Shown: piece after piece, positions 25,265 to 37,385 of the stretch
Position numbering within the stretch: the stretch's first letter is position 1
Layout of the letters: each line of letters begins with the position of its first letter
Source: Squalus acanthias
Taxonomy: Eukaryota
NCBI GenBank assembly: GCA_030390025.1
Contig: CM059432.1
Location: forward strand, 93,806,001 to 93,870,000
Direction: 5' to 3'
DNA length: 64,000 nt
The notes under the pieces: generated by a model
The model's input: only the letters and a program-made list of their open reading frames with translations
Database searches by the model: none
What the model was told of the DNA's origin: nothing
Position numbers and translations under genes: made by a program

Positions 25265-25680
25265 TGAATACAAAAGCAAAATACTGCAGCTGCTGGAAAT
25301 CTGAAAAAAAGAGATGGTGCGAGGCAAAAGGAGATGGTACTGGGACAAATAAAGAAACAAAAGATGGGTCTAGAGGAGAAGTAAATGGGCATAGCAGAAT
25401 CAACAGCTGCTGTCCGAAAAAATGGGCCATCTCCTTTTGCCTTGCTCCATCATCCCTTTTGCCATTTAATCTTTCCTGCCTTCTACCACATCACAGACCT
25501 TCCCTTTTGTTCCTTCCTTCCCTCCCCACTTCCCCAGCCTCTGTACTTGCTTAAAACCGGTTACATCTCTAACTTTTTCAGTTCTGATGAAAGGTCATCT
25601 AGCTGAAACGTTAACTCTGTTTCTCTCTCCACAGATGCTGCCTGACCTGCTGAGTATTTCCAGCATTTTCTGTTTTTATT
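25265..25680 (+). mobile_element. Penelope-like element remnant: inverted partial pLTR/tail (25265-25420) plus pLTR with hammerhead
   Basis: Same family as 35901-36650; the left part is reverse-oriented pLTR; degenerate flanking duplication tgcactagacat / tgcactcgaacat. Confidence 0.75.
25581..25615 (+). ncRNA. Minimal hammerhead ribozyme motif with stem II partly mismatched
   Basis: GTT-CTGATGA-aaggtc atct agct-GAAA-CG-TT-AAC. Confidence 0.55.
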
Positions 25681-27609
25681 GCACTCGAACATAGCTTGCT
25701 CTAGTCTACGTCTAGTGATAAGTGGGTTCATGCCAGTTGGTAGGAAGGTCAGTTGCTTTGCTGATATTATAGTCTGCATTCTCTGCTGCCAAGCTAATGA
25801 TAACTAATGGGTCATTTCCAGTTACTAAGATACATTTGTTACATAATGATTCACAAGAAAATTAAATCCAGAAACCACAGCTAAATTTTAGCTGACACAT
25901 TTACACTTGTCAATTTGCCAGGGTCAGCCAAGTCACGAGGGACAGGGAAGAATCCATTCTCCCTAATTCATACCTCTTTCTGGGTCAGCCAATGAGCTGT
26001 ATATGGTTCTTCTATGGATATTATTGCAGGCTGGACCCTTCACTCCTCCACTACATGCAGTGGACACTTTCAGCTATTGAGAAGCACTCTGTCATTCTTC
26101 CATCACTAGATCGGATCACAAGCAATTTCAGGGTGCTTCATTTTGAAACCCAAGTACTTCTAGGTCAGGTATAGCACAGCTTGAATGCATAATGAAGCTC
26201 CTTTTACTCTACCCTAACAATGTGCCTTAACCTTGACTTCAGTACAACACCCGTACTATACCTGTATTATTTTTTTTAATGTTCCTCCTACAGTCTCAGA
26301 AGGAGTGTATAAATTTGTGCCAAACTATGGACTGTTTTGTGATGCCTTCCTATTCTGACTTAAAATTGGATTGAGACTGTCCAATCTCACTTAATGTAGG
26401 ATCTTACAGACAGCAAAAAATACTTTCATTTACTCAGTCTGGGTTATAAATAAACATTTGGATGGATCATAGGACCTTCTCCTAGATGTTGTGCATAAAA
26501 GCAAAATTTAAAAAAAGAAATTATTTTCTCCCTGCTTTTGCCACTCTTAAAGCATTCCCCAGAAGAGATGGTTGCAGGTGACCTATTTCCAGGTGTTTCC
26601 CAGTATCATTCTTGGGAACTGATCAGCCAAGACATCATTCTTGGTGCAGAGATGTAGCATACTAATTGTGTGTCTGGGACCTGTAAAGATCATAGTTTTA
26701 AAATAACTGTCAGATTATAAATGCTGTTCAGTCATACCTGCTGCGCCAATAAACTCAATGAAGTAGCAGCCCCATCACTTAAAATGGGTGTCTGCCAATC
26801 TGCAAAAATCAAAAGTACCAGTAAAATTCTAACAGGTATGCCAATTATCCCCGCTGTTGCAGTGACAGTTAAAATCAACTTGAAGTTTTAGCAATAAAAT
26901 GTTCATCTGGTACCTTATGAAAGACCCAAAGTTTAAGCAAAGTGCTAAATGTCTTAGATTTTTCTAAAAACACAGGCAAAGTATGTATGTTTGTTGATGG
27001 GGATACTTAGCAACAATGAAGGTGCAATGCCCCATAATTTGCTGACATTTTTCAGACTTCTATTTACCCTTTTTATGTTACATCAAATGTGGGAACAGAA
27101 CTGGAGCCTTAATGTTAGCCTTCTTAATACATATTTCTTTTCAGCCATTAATTCCAACATGATGAACTCAAACTATTAGTGGAATTAAAAATGGCATGGG
27201 ATTATCAAACCTATCAAAAATGAAAACCTTTCCTTTGTTAGAATATCACATTAATAAACTGTCTTTTTTTAATATACTACATCAACAAACTATGGACTAG
27301 AAATTAAGGTCATCGATTTTATTGTATAAACACTTGCTATGCTCATATCAAATTCCTCTTTCATTATTTTAGCAGAAGCGTCAACTCATTTAATGTATAG
27401 CAACATCGCCAACAATAATTTTCACCCTAATATCTTTAACTTTTAAGCATTAACATGCTTCTTACATTGGAGAAAAACTGGTCAAACTAGTTTCATATTA
27501 ATCTATCATAATTTTCAATAATGGACTACTTCTCTTGGCTTTCAGCTATGTCATCTGCCTATTTTATTGTCAATACACCTGACATTTTCCATGCCCCAGT
27601 ACACTCTAC

Positions 27610-27830
27610 CTTTATTTCATGCTTGGCTGGTGTGAGTGATGGAGTAACGTCAATCGTTGCTTTTTTCTCCTCTTCCTCTGCCTTCTCCTCTTCTGCCTTC
27701 TTCTCTGGTGTCACAGTGGTTATTAGATTGGTTGAGACTAGGGTCTTAGCTGCACCATAATGACCAGTAGCCACTTCAGAGGCCGAAATGGAGTCTTTTA
27801 TGAGCATCTCATGGTTCTCAGTGACAGACG
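27610..27830 (-). CDS. EPB41L3: EPB41L3 exon, start of U2 (ASVTENHEMLIKDSISASEVATGHY...TNLITTVTPEKKAEEE...KHEIK)
   Basis: tgttttaaag|CG acceptor, AAG|gtagag donor, 221 bp, phase 1-0; TNLITTVTPEKKAEEE as in 4.1B. Confidence 0.9.
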
Positions 27831-28334
27831 CTTTAAAACACAAAACATAACTTATCAATCTGTGTTACTGACTCAACTGGTCTTAGCTGGGTTGGGGGGG
27901 GGGGGGGGTGCATTAAGAGTTACTACAATTGGCCTCAGTGTCTCTAGGCAAGAGAGTGGGGAAACCAGCCAAAGCTCCCTCCCAGATGGTTATCTTGTGG
28001 TCCCCGCTGGAAAGAACAGGGATGTGGATGTTGGGGGGAGGTCTGGTTTGGCTCGGCATCGTTGTCCCCCAGGCATTTAAGTGCACTCCCTCTCCCGGCT
28101 CATGGTGGCGAAGTAGCAGAGGAATTGTACATTCAGTTAGCCGGCGTCTTCAGATGAGGGATGGGGGGAGAGGAATGAAAGAGAGAAACTGAGAGCGCTC
28201 TACAGGTAAAAATGAAGTGTGGCTCATTGCAGACTGAGGACTGACCCAGACCTGCAATGTGAGGAGTTGTCCCTGTGTAGAGCAAATTATTTAAAGTCTT
28301 TTTCAAAAGTCAAACTATAGTTAAGAATAGGATA

Positions 28335-28494
28335 GATGCATTTAAGGGGAAGCTAGATAATTGTATTAGGGATAAAGGAATAGAAGGGTATGTTGATAGG
28401 GTGAAATGAAGTAAGGTGGGAGGAGTGGAGCATAAACACCGGCATAGACCTGTTGGGCTGAATGGCCTGTTTCTGTGTTGTAAATTCTATGTAA
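28335..28494 (+). mobile_element. CR1 3' end fragment
   Basis: gcatttaaggggaagctagat...gggctgaatggcctgtttctgtgttgtaaattctatgtaa; matches 54325-54490. Confidence 0.8.
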
Positions 28495-29432
28495 TAAACA
28501 GAGCAAAATGGTGTGCATGTAGGCTTTGAATAATTCAATGCAATAAACCAAATGATGCCTTTTCATATTTATTTCAGTACAATTTTCAAGGTTTCTATAA
28601 AGTTTTGCTGATGGTAAAGGGGACAAATTTGTAATCTAGTTGCATCAGTTTGAACCAATGATATGAATTTGATTAAAGACAATAAAGGTCAGGAATTTCC
28701 TCAAAGCTGCTCCCACTCTGCCACCATAACTTTGCCAGAAGTGCAGTGGAAACCCTGTTTATGCATGTAAATGAGATTTTTGCCACATTCCCAGCCAAAG
28801 TGTTGATTCGGTCACACCACTGGAACTACTATTGGACTACTTTATACCATCACCATTCTCATTAATATGGGATTCGTATATGTTTTTGTAAAGCATATTC
28901 ATCGGTGAAAATATCTGAATATTAGTAAATCAAAGTTTAACAGCTCCATGTTTTGCTCGTTCAATCATAGCTTAAATCAAATATGGGACAGTTAACCCAT
29001 TGAAAGTCAGGATTGTTTCCAAACCTGTATCATGGAGCCCTATTAACAGCCACTTATGCTCTCTATAACTTCCATATGAACTCTAACTTTCATACACTTG
29101 GATGAATCTAATGGATGAAACAGTCCTGTACATTTATTTACCTAGTTGAGACTGTTCCTAACATTTCAGATGGCTTCATTCAGAAAGCTACATTAATGAA
29201 TCTGGGCTAGATGTTGTTAGCAACCCTAAAAAGAAAAAGTTCAAACACTGCAAGAGTCTGAGGGTGAAATCAGATCACGATTAATCCAAACTATCAAAAC
29301 ACATGATTAGAAAATCAATCACATCTTGTTGTAGATCAGTACTAGATCAGAAGCAAATCATAAAACAAGCAAGTTTTCTGATTTCTAAGAAGAGCCTCAC
29401 TGAAATGAAAACAATGATGTTGATATTTCTAC

Positions 29433-29516
29433 CTGTATTGTTACTCTCATTGTCTGCAGCGGACAGCTTCACTTCACCAACAACAGTCACGTGACTTATT
29501 GGTTTACTCTGTTGAG
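29433..29516 (-). CDS. EPB41L3: Candidate 84-nt phase 1-1 cassette exon of EPB41L3 (AQQSKPISHVTVVGEVKLSAADNESNNT)
   Basis: cctaac branch-like motif followed by actttccatag|CT acceptor; CAG|gtagaa donor; stop-free; phases match the flanking exons. Peptide not recognised. Confidence 0.5.
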
Positions 29517-30249
29517 CTATGGAAAGTTTATAGGTTAGGAGCGAACATCTAAAACATTAATTAATATAGGAACATATGACCTGGAATAAGCCATTCAGCC
29601 CTTTGAGCCTGTTCCACCATTCAATTAAAGCATGGCTGATCCGTACCTCAACTCCATTTACCACCTTTGCAGAAAAAGGCCCAATTCATAGGAAAAAAAC
29701 TAAATATGTCACACTTACACATCTCTTTTATATACTGGAGTCTACAAAATGGGCAAAGATTTTGATTTCACTGCTAAAAGAAATGAAGCATTATGGTGCT
29801 GCAAATCTATTTTACTCAGCAGCATGACATTAAAATATGTGCTGCTGGATGGATACTTACATATGAAATACACTTCCAGCTGCTAATGTTGTGTTGAAAG
29901 GCTATCACCAAATAGGATCGAGTGTATGACTTTAAAGTGGGGACTGCATTACGTCTGCATGCTCTGGTCCAATTATCTCCCGCCCTCTATTCCTGCTCCA
30001 CCTGAACACTAAATTTGAACTCGACTCCCCAGGTACAGCACCATGGCACATTGACTAATATATTCTGATTGCAAGTACTTCATTTCTGAAAGTAATTAAG
30101 TGCAGTGATACAAATGCTGCAGCTTGTTGGTAGTAAATTTTGCTCAGAAAATTAGAAATAAACTATGTCCTTGAAATTCTGCCATGAGATACAAATACAA
30201 CACTTAACTGCACTTCAAAGGTTAGTCGGGAACCACTTTGGAATTCTCT

Positions 30250-31282
30250 AGCTCCCCCATAACGATCACTAACTCCCTGTCCTCCTACCCTCCTTGACAC
30301 CTCTGTTGCTGTCAGTTTCCTAAACAGCTCATTTCCCTCCACCTTTGATGCCCTTGTTCCCTAGAAAATTGATCACTGTCTCCCAACCCCTGTCACCCCC
30401 CCCCCTCCCCCAACACCAGTACAGCCCTGATTTTCGCACCCTCAAGTTACTTGGCAATCAATTGAATTGGCTTGGCCAAGCTCTACTGTGCATCGCTCTC
30501 CTCTGCCAAAACTGTGTTCTATTTCAAGATCATCCTGGGGCGCAAGTTTAACTCTTGGCTTCCCCTCCTCCATGGTAAACTTTCTCCTCAAACTCCTTTT
30601 GCCTGCCCTTCCACGCTCACGCACAATACTGTGCAAGAAGCTGTTACTTCCATCCTTTCTGCACTCAACTCTTCCCCTCCCCTGTCCAATTTTACAACCA
30701 GTCCCTGATCCCTCAACACTGCAGTTTTCCCCCCAACATCCCCTCGCCCTTTCCAAAGTCATCTCTTCAATGAGGCTTCCCTTTTGCTTCATTGATTTTC
30801 TCCCCACTCCACTCCTGTTCATTCAACTACCCCTCCCAGTCCCATGGCAGCTGACATCATCAATAGCATCCTTTCCAATGGCATGGTCTCTCTCCCCTTC
30901 AAGACTGCGATCATCAACCCTCTACTCAAAAAACCCAACCTCGATCCTTCCGTCCTCTGTATCTACTGTTGCATCAAAGCCTTAGTTTCCTCTTTAAAAG
31001 GTCCTTAAGTGTGATGTCACCTCACAGCTCTATGCTCATCTTGCTTGCAATTACCTGATCAAATCACTCCAGTCCAATTTTTACCCATATTACAGCAACG
31101 AAACAGCCCTAGCCAAAATCATGAGCGACATCCTCTGTGACAATGCGCATTATCCCTCTTGACCTCAGCTGAAACTAAGGAAAACCATAGCCACTGTTTT
31201 CAGTTTCCACGATAAAGTCCGCTCCACTGCCACTGATACCATCCCACTCATGTAGGCTGAACAAAGCCTTGTGCAACCTTGA
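30250..31282 (+). mobile_element. L2-like LINE, 5' part; its 3' continuation is inverted at 32902-33452 and its tail is at 34040-34084
   Basis: ctactcaaaaaacccaacctcgatcc, cagcaacgaaacagccctagccaaaatc, ...aggctgaacaaagccttgtgcaacctt. Confidence 0.75.
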
Positions 31283-31284
31283 AC

Positions 31285-32901
31285 CAACAAGGGGGCATAC
31301 CATATTAGATTTAGTAATGCACCAGATTTAGTTAACAGCCTAACGATGCGTGATTTAGGTAAGGCTGACTACAATGCAATGAGACAGAGACTGTCCATAG
31401 TAAACTGGGCAAATCTGTTAATGGGTAAAATGACAGATGATCAGTGGGAGGTGTTCAAAAAAAGAATTTAAAGTGATACAGAAGCAGTTTATACCCCTAA
31501 AGGGCAAGAGCTCTAGTTGCCAAAAAAACAGCCATGGACGACTAAAGAGGTAAGAGACAATATAAAATTAAAAGAAAAAGCATAGAAAAATGCAAAAAAT
31601 AGCACAGATCCTGGCGAATGGGAGAGATACAAAGAACAGCAAAGGGTGACAAAACTGATAGTAAGAGCTACAAGAAGGGAGTATGAAAAGAAACTAGTAA
31701 GGGATATCAAAATCAACACTAATTTTTTTTACAATTATAATAGGAAAAAGAGTGTGGTCAGGAGAAATGTGGGCCCCTTGAAAACTTATAATGGTGATAT
31801 TGTCAATGAAAATAAGGAAATGGTGGACATGTTGAATAATTACTTTGCATCAGTACTTAGTCAAGGAAGAGGTCTGCATCCCAAGGAAGCCAATATATCA
31901 GGGACAGGGTCTCACCAAAATTAACGTAAGAAAAACAACAGTAATGAAGAAAAATGGCACTAAAGAGTGACAAATCCCCAGGGCCAGATGGTTTTCATCC
32001 CAGGGTTTTACAGGAAGTAGGTGAGAACATTGCAGATGCCCCAACTATAATCTTCCAAAATTCTCTCGATTCAGGAACTGTTCCTTTAGATTGGAAAATA
32101 GCATACGGCACTCCTCTACTTAAGAAAGTTGAGAGGGGGAAACCAGTGAATTATAGACCAGTTAGCCTAACATTTGTTGTCGGGAAATTACTAAAGTCTA
32201 TAATTAAGGATAGGGTGACTGAACACCTTGAAAATTTTCAGCTGATCAGAATGGATTTGTAAAGGGTAGGTCATACCTGACGAACCTGAGTGAATTTTTT
32301 GAAGAGGTGACTGCAGTAGTGGACAGGGGAATGTCTATGGATGTTATTTATATAGGTTTCCAGAAGGCATTTGATAAAATCCCTCAAACTAAACTAAAGT
32401 TGTTAACTAAAGTTGAAGCCTATGGAATTCAAGGCAAATTATTGCTACCTGGTTAGGAATCTGACTGAGTGACAGGAGACAGAGAGTAGGGATAATGGGC
32501 AGGTACTCTAATTGGCAGGATATGACTAGTGGTGTCCCGCAAGGATCTGTGTTGGGGTCTCAACTATTCACCGTATTTATCAACGACGTAGATGATGGGA
32601 TAGAAAGGCACATATCCAAATTTGCCAACAACACAAAGAGAGGTGTTACTGTAAACAGTGTAGATGGAAGCATAAAATTACAAAGAGATATTAATAGATT
32701 AAGCAAATGGGCAAAACTGTGGCAAATGGATTTCAATGTAGGCAAATGTGAGATCATCCACTTTGGACCTAAAAAGCATAGAACAGGGTGGAGGTCCAAA
32801 GCGACTTGGGGGTCCAGGTACATAGATCATTAAAATGTCATGAACAGGTACAGAAAATAATCAAAAGGTTTGCAATGCTGGCCTTGATATCTCGAGGACT
32901 A
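31285..32901 (+). mobile_element. CR1 LINE ORF2 fragment (pseudogenised RT) inserted in L2
   Basis: [40 protein letters not shown], with frameshifts; ends at ...MLALISRGL. Confidence 0.9.
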
Positions 32902-33452
32902 ATAATGGATGGATGTTGTGCCATTTAAGAGTGGTTATGAGACGTGACTGAAGACTAGGTTGAAAGAGAGGACAGTGAAGTAGAGGTACAGGGGCTTAGG
33001 GAGTGAGGTTCAGACAGTTGAAGTGAGGTGTCCAAGAGCTCTGCCACCAAATGATGTATGAAAGGAAGGCGGGGGAGGCACAGGAGGTTGCAGTTAGAGC
33101 ATCAAAGGGTATGGGAATGCAAGTATAGCTGGAGATCAACACAGCAAGGTGTCGGTCAGCGAGGGTGGGGATGATGGGCAAGTGGAACTTAGTGCAAGAC
33201 AAGATATTGGATGCTGCGTTTTGGACAAGTTGGAATTTGTGGAGGGTGGACACTGGAAGGTCATTAAGGAAACATTGAAGTAATTGAGTCTGGAGTTGAC
33301 AAAAATATGGATAAGGGTTTTGGTCAGTGGGGGCAGGGGAAAGCTGAGGTAGGGGTAGCCTATGACAGGTAATATTGTGGAGGTGAAAGTTAGCTGACTT
33401 GGTAATGGAGGGAATGTGGGGTAAGCTTAGCTCAGGGTTGAACACAATGTCA
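32902..33452 (-). mobile_element. L2-like LINE 3' part, in the inverted block
   Basis: Minus strand reads ivfnpelsl..ipsitksanfhlhni and lhkfqlvqnaas.il (L2 ORF2 C-terminus). Confidence 0.75.
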
Positions 33453-34039
33453 TAGGAACAGGAGTAGGCCATTTAGCCCCTCAAGCCTGTTCTGCCATTC
33501 AATGAGATCATGGCTGATCTGTGACCTAACTCCATATACCTGCCTTTGGCCCATATCCCTTAATACCTTTGGTTAACAAAAAGCTATCAATCTCAGATTT
33601 AAAATCAACAATTGATCTAACATTAATTGTCGTTTGCGGAAGAGAGTTCCAAACTTCTACCACCCTTTGGTGTGTAGAAGTGTTTCCTAATTTCACTCCT
33701 GAAAGGCCTGGCTCTAATTTTTAGACTATGCCCCCTAGTCCTAGACTCACCAACCAGCAGAAATAGTTTCTCTCTATCTACCCTATCAGTTCCCCTTAAT
33801 ATCTTGAAAACTTCGATCAAATCACCCCTTAACCTTCTAAATTCCAGGGAATACAACCCAAGTTTCTATAATCTCTCCTCGTAATTTAATCCTTGGAGTC
33901 CATGCATCTTTCTGATAAATCTACACTGCACTCCCTCAAAGGCCAATATATCCTTCCTAAGGTGTGGTGCGCAGAACTGCTCATAGTACTCTAGGTGTGG
34001 ACTAACCAGGGCTTTGTATAGCAGAAGCATGACTTCTAC
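33453..34039 (-). mobile_element. CR1 3' end, in the inverted block; continuation of 31285-32901
   Basis: Minus strand starts VEVMLLLYKALVSPHLEY and includes RRLRGDLIEVFKI, RTRGHSLKIR and a CR1 3' UTR. Confidence 0.9.
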
Positions 34040-34115
34040 GGATATTTTGTATGTTAACGGTGCTATACAAGCATAAGTTGTTGTATATATTTATAAGTTC
34101 GTTCTTGGAACATGG

Positions 34116-34830
34116 TGGGGGAGAATTTCAGTATCGCCCCGTTTGGGGGTGGTAACTTTTGAAAGCTGAAAAACTTAGTGCCAGGCGCTAATGATGCCCA
34201 GCTTTTAAAATATTTGGTTTTAGCGCTCCAGGAAGGAAGTGGAGTGCTAAATCAAGCGCTCCACTTCCTTCCTGGAGCGTAACAGGCAGCAGGCGGGGCG
34301 GTATGTGTGCAGCGCTGCACAATGAGTCCACGTTGGAAGGCTCCTTCTCTCCCTTAAAGGGAAGGGCCATCGCTTCAGGCTCTGCAAGGGGAAAACTTAC
34401 CTGGTTCACGACGGCAGCCACGATCCAGCCCGATGCACTGCAGCAGAGTGCCGGGCTGATCGATCACTGGCGAAGACAAAGGAAAAAAAGAGAAAGAGCA
34501 TTTCAGAATTTTTTTTACTTACCTTGGCCACCTTGCCTTTAAGTGTTGCCCCCGAACTGCCCGGCCTCCCGATGAACGTCTCCTGCAGCTGCCGGTGTTT
34601 TCGCCCGGCGATGCTGCAGGGGGCGGAACCAAAGTTCGGGTCCGGGGCACTACACAGCCGGATGACGTCACAATCTCCGGGTGCAGGAGATCGTGGCGCT
34701 AGGGGTTACCGCCACCACAAACTGCCAGGTGAATTTTGCGGGCGGTGGTAATATTGCCGCTACGGGCGGTAAGTCATTAGTGCCTTGTTATCACCCCCCG
34801 GGGGCGCTAACCAAACGAATTTCTCCCCCA
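34116..34830. mobile_element. GC-rich MITE with tgggggagaatttc / gaatttctccccca TIRs
   Basis: Near-perfect TIRs; internal hairpin agcgctccaggaaggaagtggag..ctccacttccttcctggagcg. Confidence 0.8.
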
Positions 34831-35186
34831 AAAAGACTTTTATCTGGAATTACTTTTCTATTTTAGTGGAGATGCAAACCTGTTTAAAATAAATGGTTTA
34901 ACACCTTCGCTAAAACAAAAGCAGAGAGGAATTTCAGACAAACATGTTAAGTATTCATTAATTAATATGTCTTGTTGTAATTTCAGAGCCTCCGGTCTTC
35001 ATCCATTAAATACTCATTTGATGCACAAATAGAACAAAGTAGAATTAAAAAAGAACTCATGATCTCTTTCCACTATTCAAATTGAGGTTGTACACTAAAT
35101 GAATTAGAATTCAGCCAAGCAATGTCTCTAAAGAACAAAGATTCTACTTCATATTGCTTCAGACTGTAACTCTTCTATTTCCTTAC

Positions 35187-35362
35187 CTCCATCTAAGCTA
35201 CGTGACATGGTGTAACGTTTGCTGGAAGAACGCTCAAAGTATGGTGCTGGGCGGTCTATGAGGGAACTGGCTCTCCGTGTCTGGGCTTGTGTTCTTCCAC
35301 TGTAGCGGAATTTTGAACCAAGTGTGAGGAATTTTTTCGGAGGTGGCTCAGGAGAGACTAGT
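35187..35362 (-). CDS. EPB41L3: EPB41L3 exon, FERM-adjacent (FA) domain ([30 protein letters not shown]...MSRSLDG)
   Basis: ctctctttacag|A acceptor, G|gtaagg donor, 176 bp, phase 2-1; [12 protein letters not shown] signature. Confidence 0.96.
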
Positions 35363-35900
35363 CTGTAAAGAGAGAGAGCGTTGTTTTTTATGAGAAATAG
35401 CAACTGTATAAATGGGGCAATACTGTATTGTACTTGGATTGTTTTGCAATGTACATTGTACAAGATTGCTAGTCATAACATGCTTCTAGTACAAACTGTT
35501 TCTAATTTCTCAGATAAAGATTTTGACTTCAAACAGTTATTCTCTACCATTCAATGTTGCTTTGCAAATTTTGTAAATCTGGTCACCTGCTATTGCACTA
35601 AACAATAAGCTTCACATTTACTCTGACACACAAAGATTGGAAATGAATAATAAAGCTCTAATCTAATCTATGAGTTCAGATGGCATCACAAACCATTTGA
35701 TAAAGACAGAGGCCCCGATATCTATGGGGAAGCTAGGGGTAAAGCGGACAATCCTGGGGACGTGGAGATCCTGCTGAATTTAACGGCAGGGCCTCACATT
35801 TTTTTTTTTTAATTTCGTTTCCCGCCCGGCAGCTAGTCTGATTGACAAGCTGGCTGGCTGTCAGACAGGAAGGCCAGCAGTGGAAGACCACAGCCGGAGA

Positions 35901-36650
35901 CTGAAATAACAACAGAAAGCGCTGGAAAAACTCAGCAGGCCAGGCAACATCCGTGGAGAGAGAAACAGAGTTAACGTTTCAGGTCGAAGACCCTTCGTCA
36001 GAACGGAGAAAAAAAGCAGGAAATGAAACAGATGAAAAAGCAAGTTTGGAGGCTGGGGGAGGGAATAAAAGAACAAAAGGGAAGGTCTGAGAGAAGTAAA
36101 GAGACATTAAGAGATACTCAAGGCGAGACGAAATGGTAATAGGACAGGTTAAGAAACAAAAGATGGCTCTAGAAGTGTGAAATGCGCTGGCAGAATGAAA
36201 GACAGCTGCCATGAGGGAGAGAGAAAAAAAAAGGGAAAAGGCACAAACCAAAAGTGTGGATAAAAAATATATATATATATATATGTGGTAGGGGCCGAGG
36301 TTATGATCTGAAATTGTTGAACTCGATATTGAGTCCGGAAGGCTGTAAAGTGCCGAATCGGAAGATGAGGTGCTGTTCCTCGAGCTTACGCCGAGCTTCC
36401 GTGGAACAATGCAAGAGGCCGAGGACGGTGAGGTCTGAGTGGGCGTGGAGCGGTGAATTAAAATGACAGGCGACCGGAAGCTCGGGGTCACCCTTACGGA
36501 CTGAACGGAGGTGTTCCGCAAAGCGGTCACCCAATCTGCGTTTGGTCTCCCCAAAGTAGAGACCACCACATCGTGAGCAGCGAATACAGTATACTAGATT
36601 GCATTGTTATTTCAGTTTTCCAGCATCCGCAGTATTTTGTTATTGTATTG
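35901..36650 (-). mobile_element. 5'-truncated Penelope-like retroelement: GIY-YIG endonuclease C-terminus + pLTR with hammerhead + inverted tail
   Basis: 36600->36301 reads NLVYCIRCSRCGGLYFGETKRRLGDRFAEHL...HFN...GLN (PLE GIY-YIG). Inverted tail at 36604-36650. 13-bp TSD cagccggagactg at 35891-35903 and 36653-36665. Confidence 0.92.
35970..36004 (-). ncRNA. Minimal hammerhead ribozyme motif of the PLE pLTR
   Basis: Minus strand reads GTT-CTGACGA-a-GGGTC-TTC-GACCT-GAAA-CG-TT-AAC; intact core, stems I and II, palindromic stem III. Confidence 0.75.
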
Positions 36651-37385
36651 CGCAGCCGGAGACTGCTGGGGAAGGTCCCCTCCAATTGGGAAAGATTGAA
36701 GGGGGGTGGTGGGGGGCGGACCAGGAAAGATCTGGTGCAGAAGGCTTGGGATCACAGGTTTTTTGGGGTTGTAAACCCTAATGTTAAATTAGAATCCTTT
36801 CTTCTTCCTATCATTCATCGTTTTAAATAATATATTTACAATATATATATTTACTTATTACATCTTTGGCAAAACAAAATACTGCTGACTTAAAAGTATC
36901 TAAATTACACAGATTGACAATGCTGTCACATGATTCACAGGAGGTGTAATAAATAAATGCAACTGCCATTGAGAAATAAACTGTAGGCTATAGACGACAT
37001 ACTCGTTAATATAACAACTGCAGTATAATTTATTTTGTTTAACACTGTTATGAACTGGCATTTTCTATTTCTGAGAAATGTCGTATCGAGAGTCTGCCCA
37101 CAGATAGGTTGTTCTCACTTGAGTCTAAACAACTTAATTATTTTTCCACAGATGGATGCTATGACCGAATGAAACACAATGCAATAGAAGACATTCCCAC
37201 AGATTTTGGATGTGTAATTTGCAAGACAGTTAGAGTATATTCTGCATCTCTAGAAAAGAATGCAGGCTAATTATCCTGTGCATGCGAATCCTTAGTGGAA
37301 TATAGGAACAGATGAACATAACTCAATGTCATGCTACTGTAACAGTAAGCCACTATCTCAGATCTAAGTGCACTCAATACAATAA

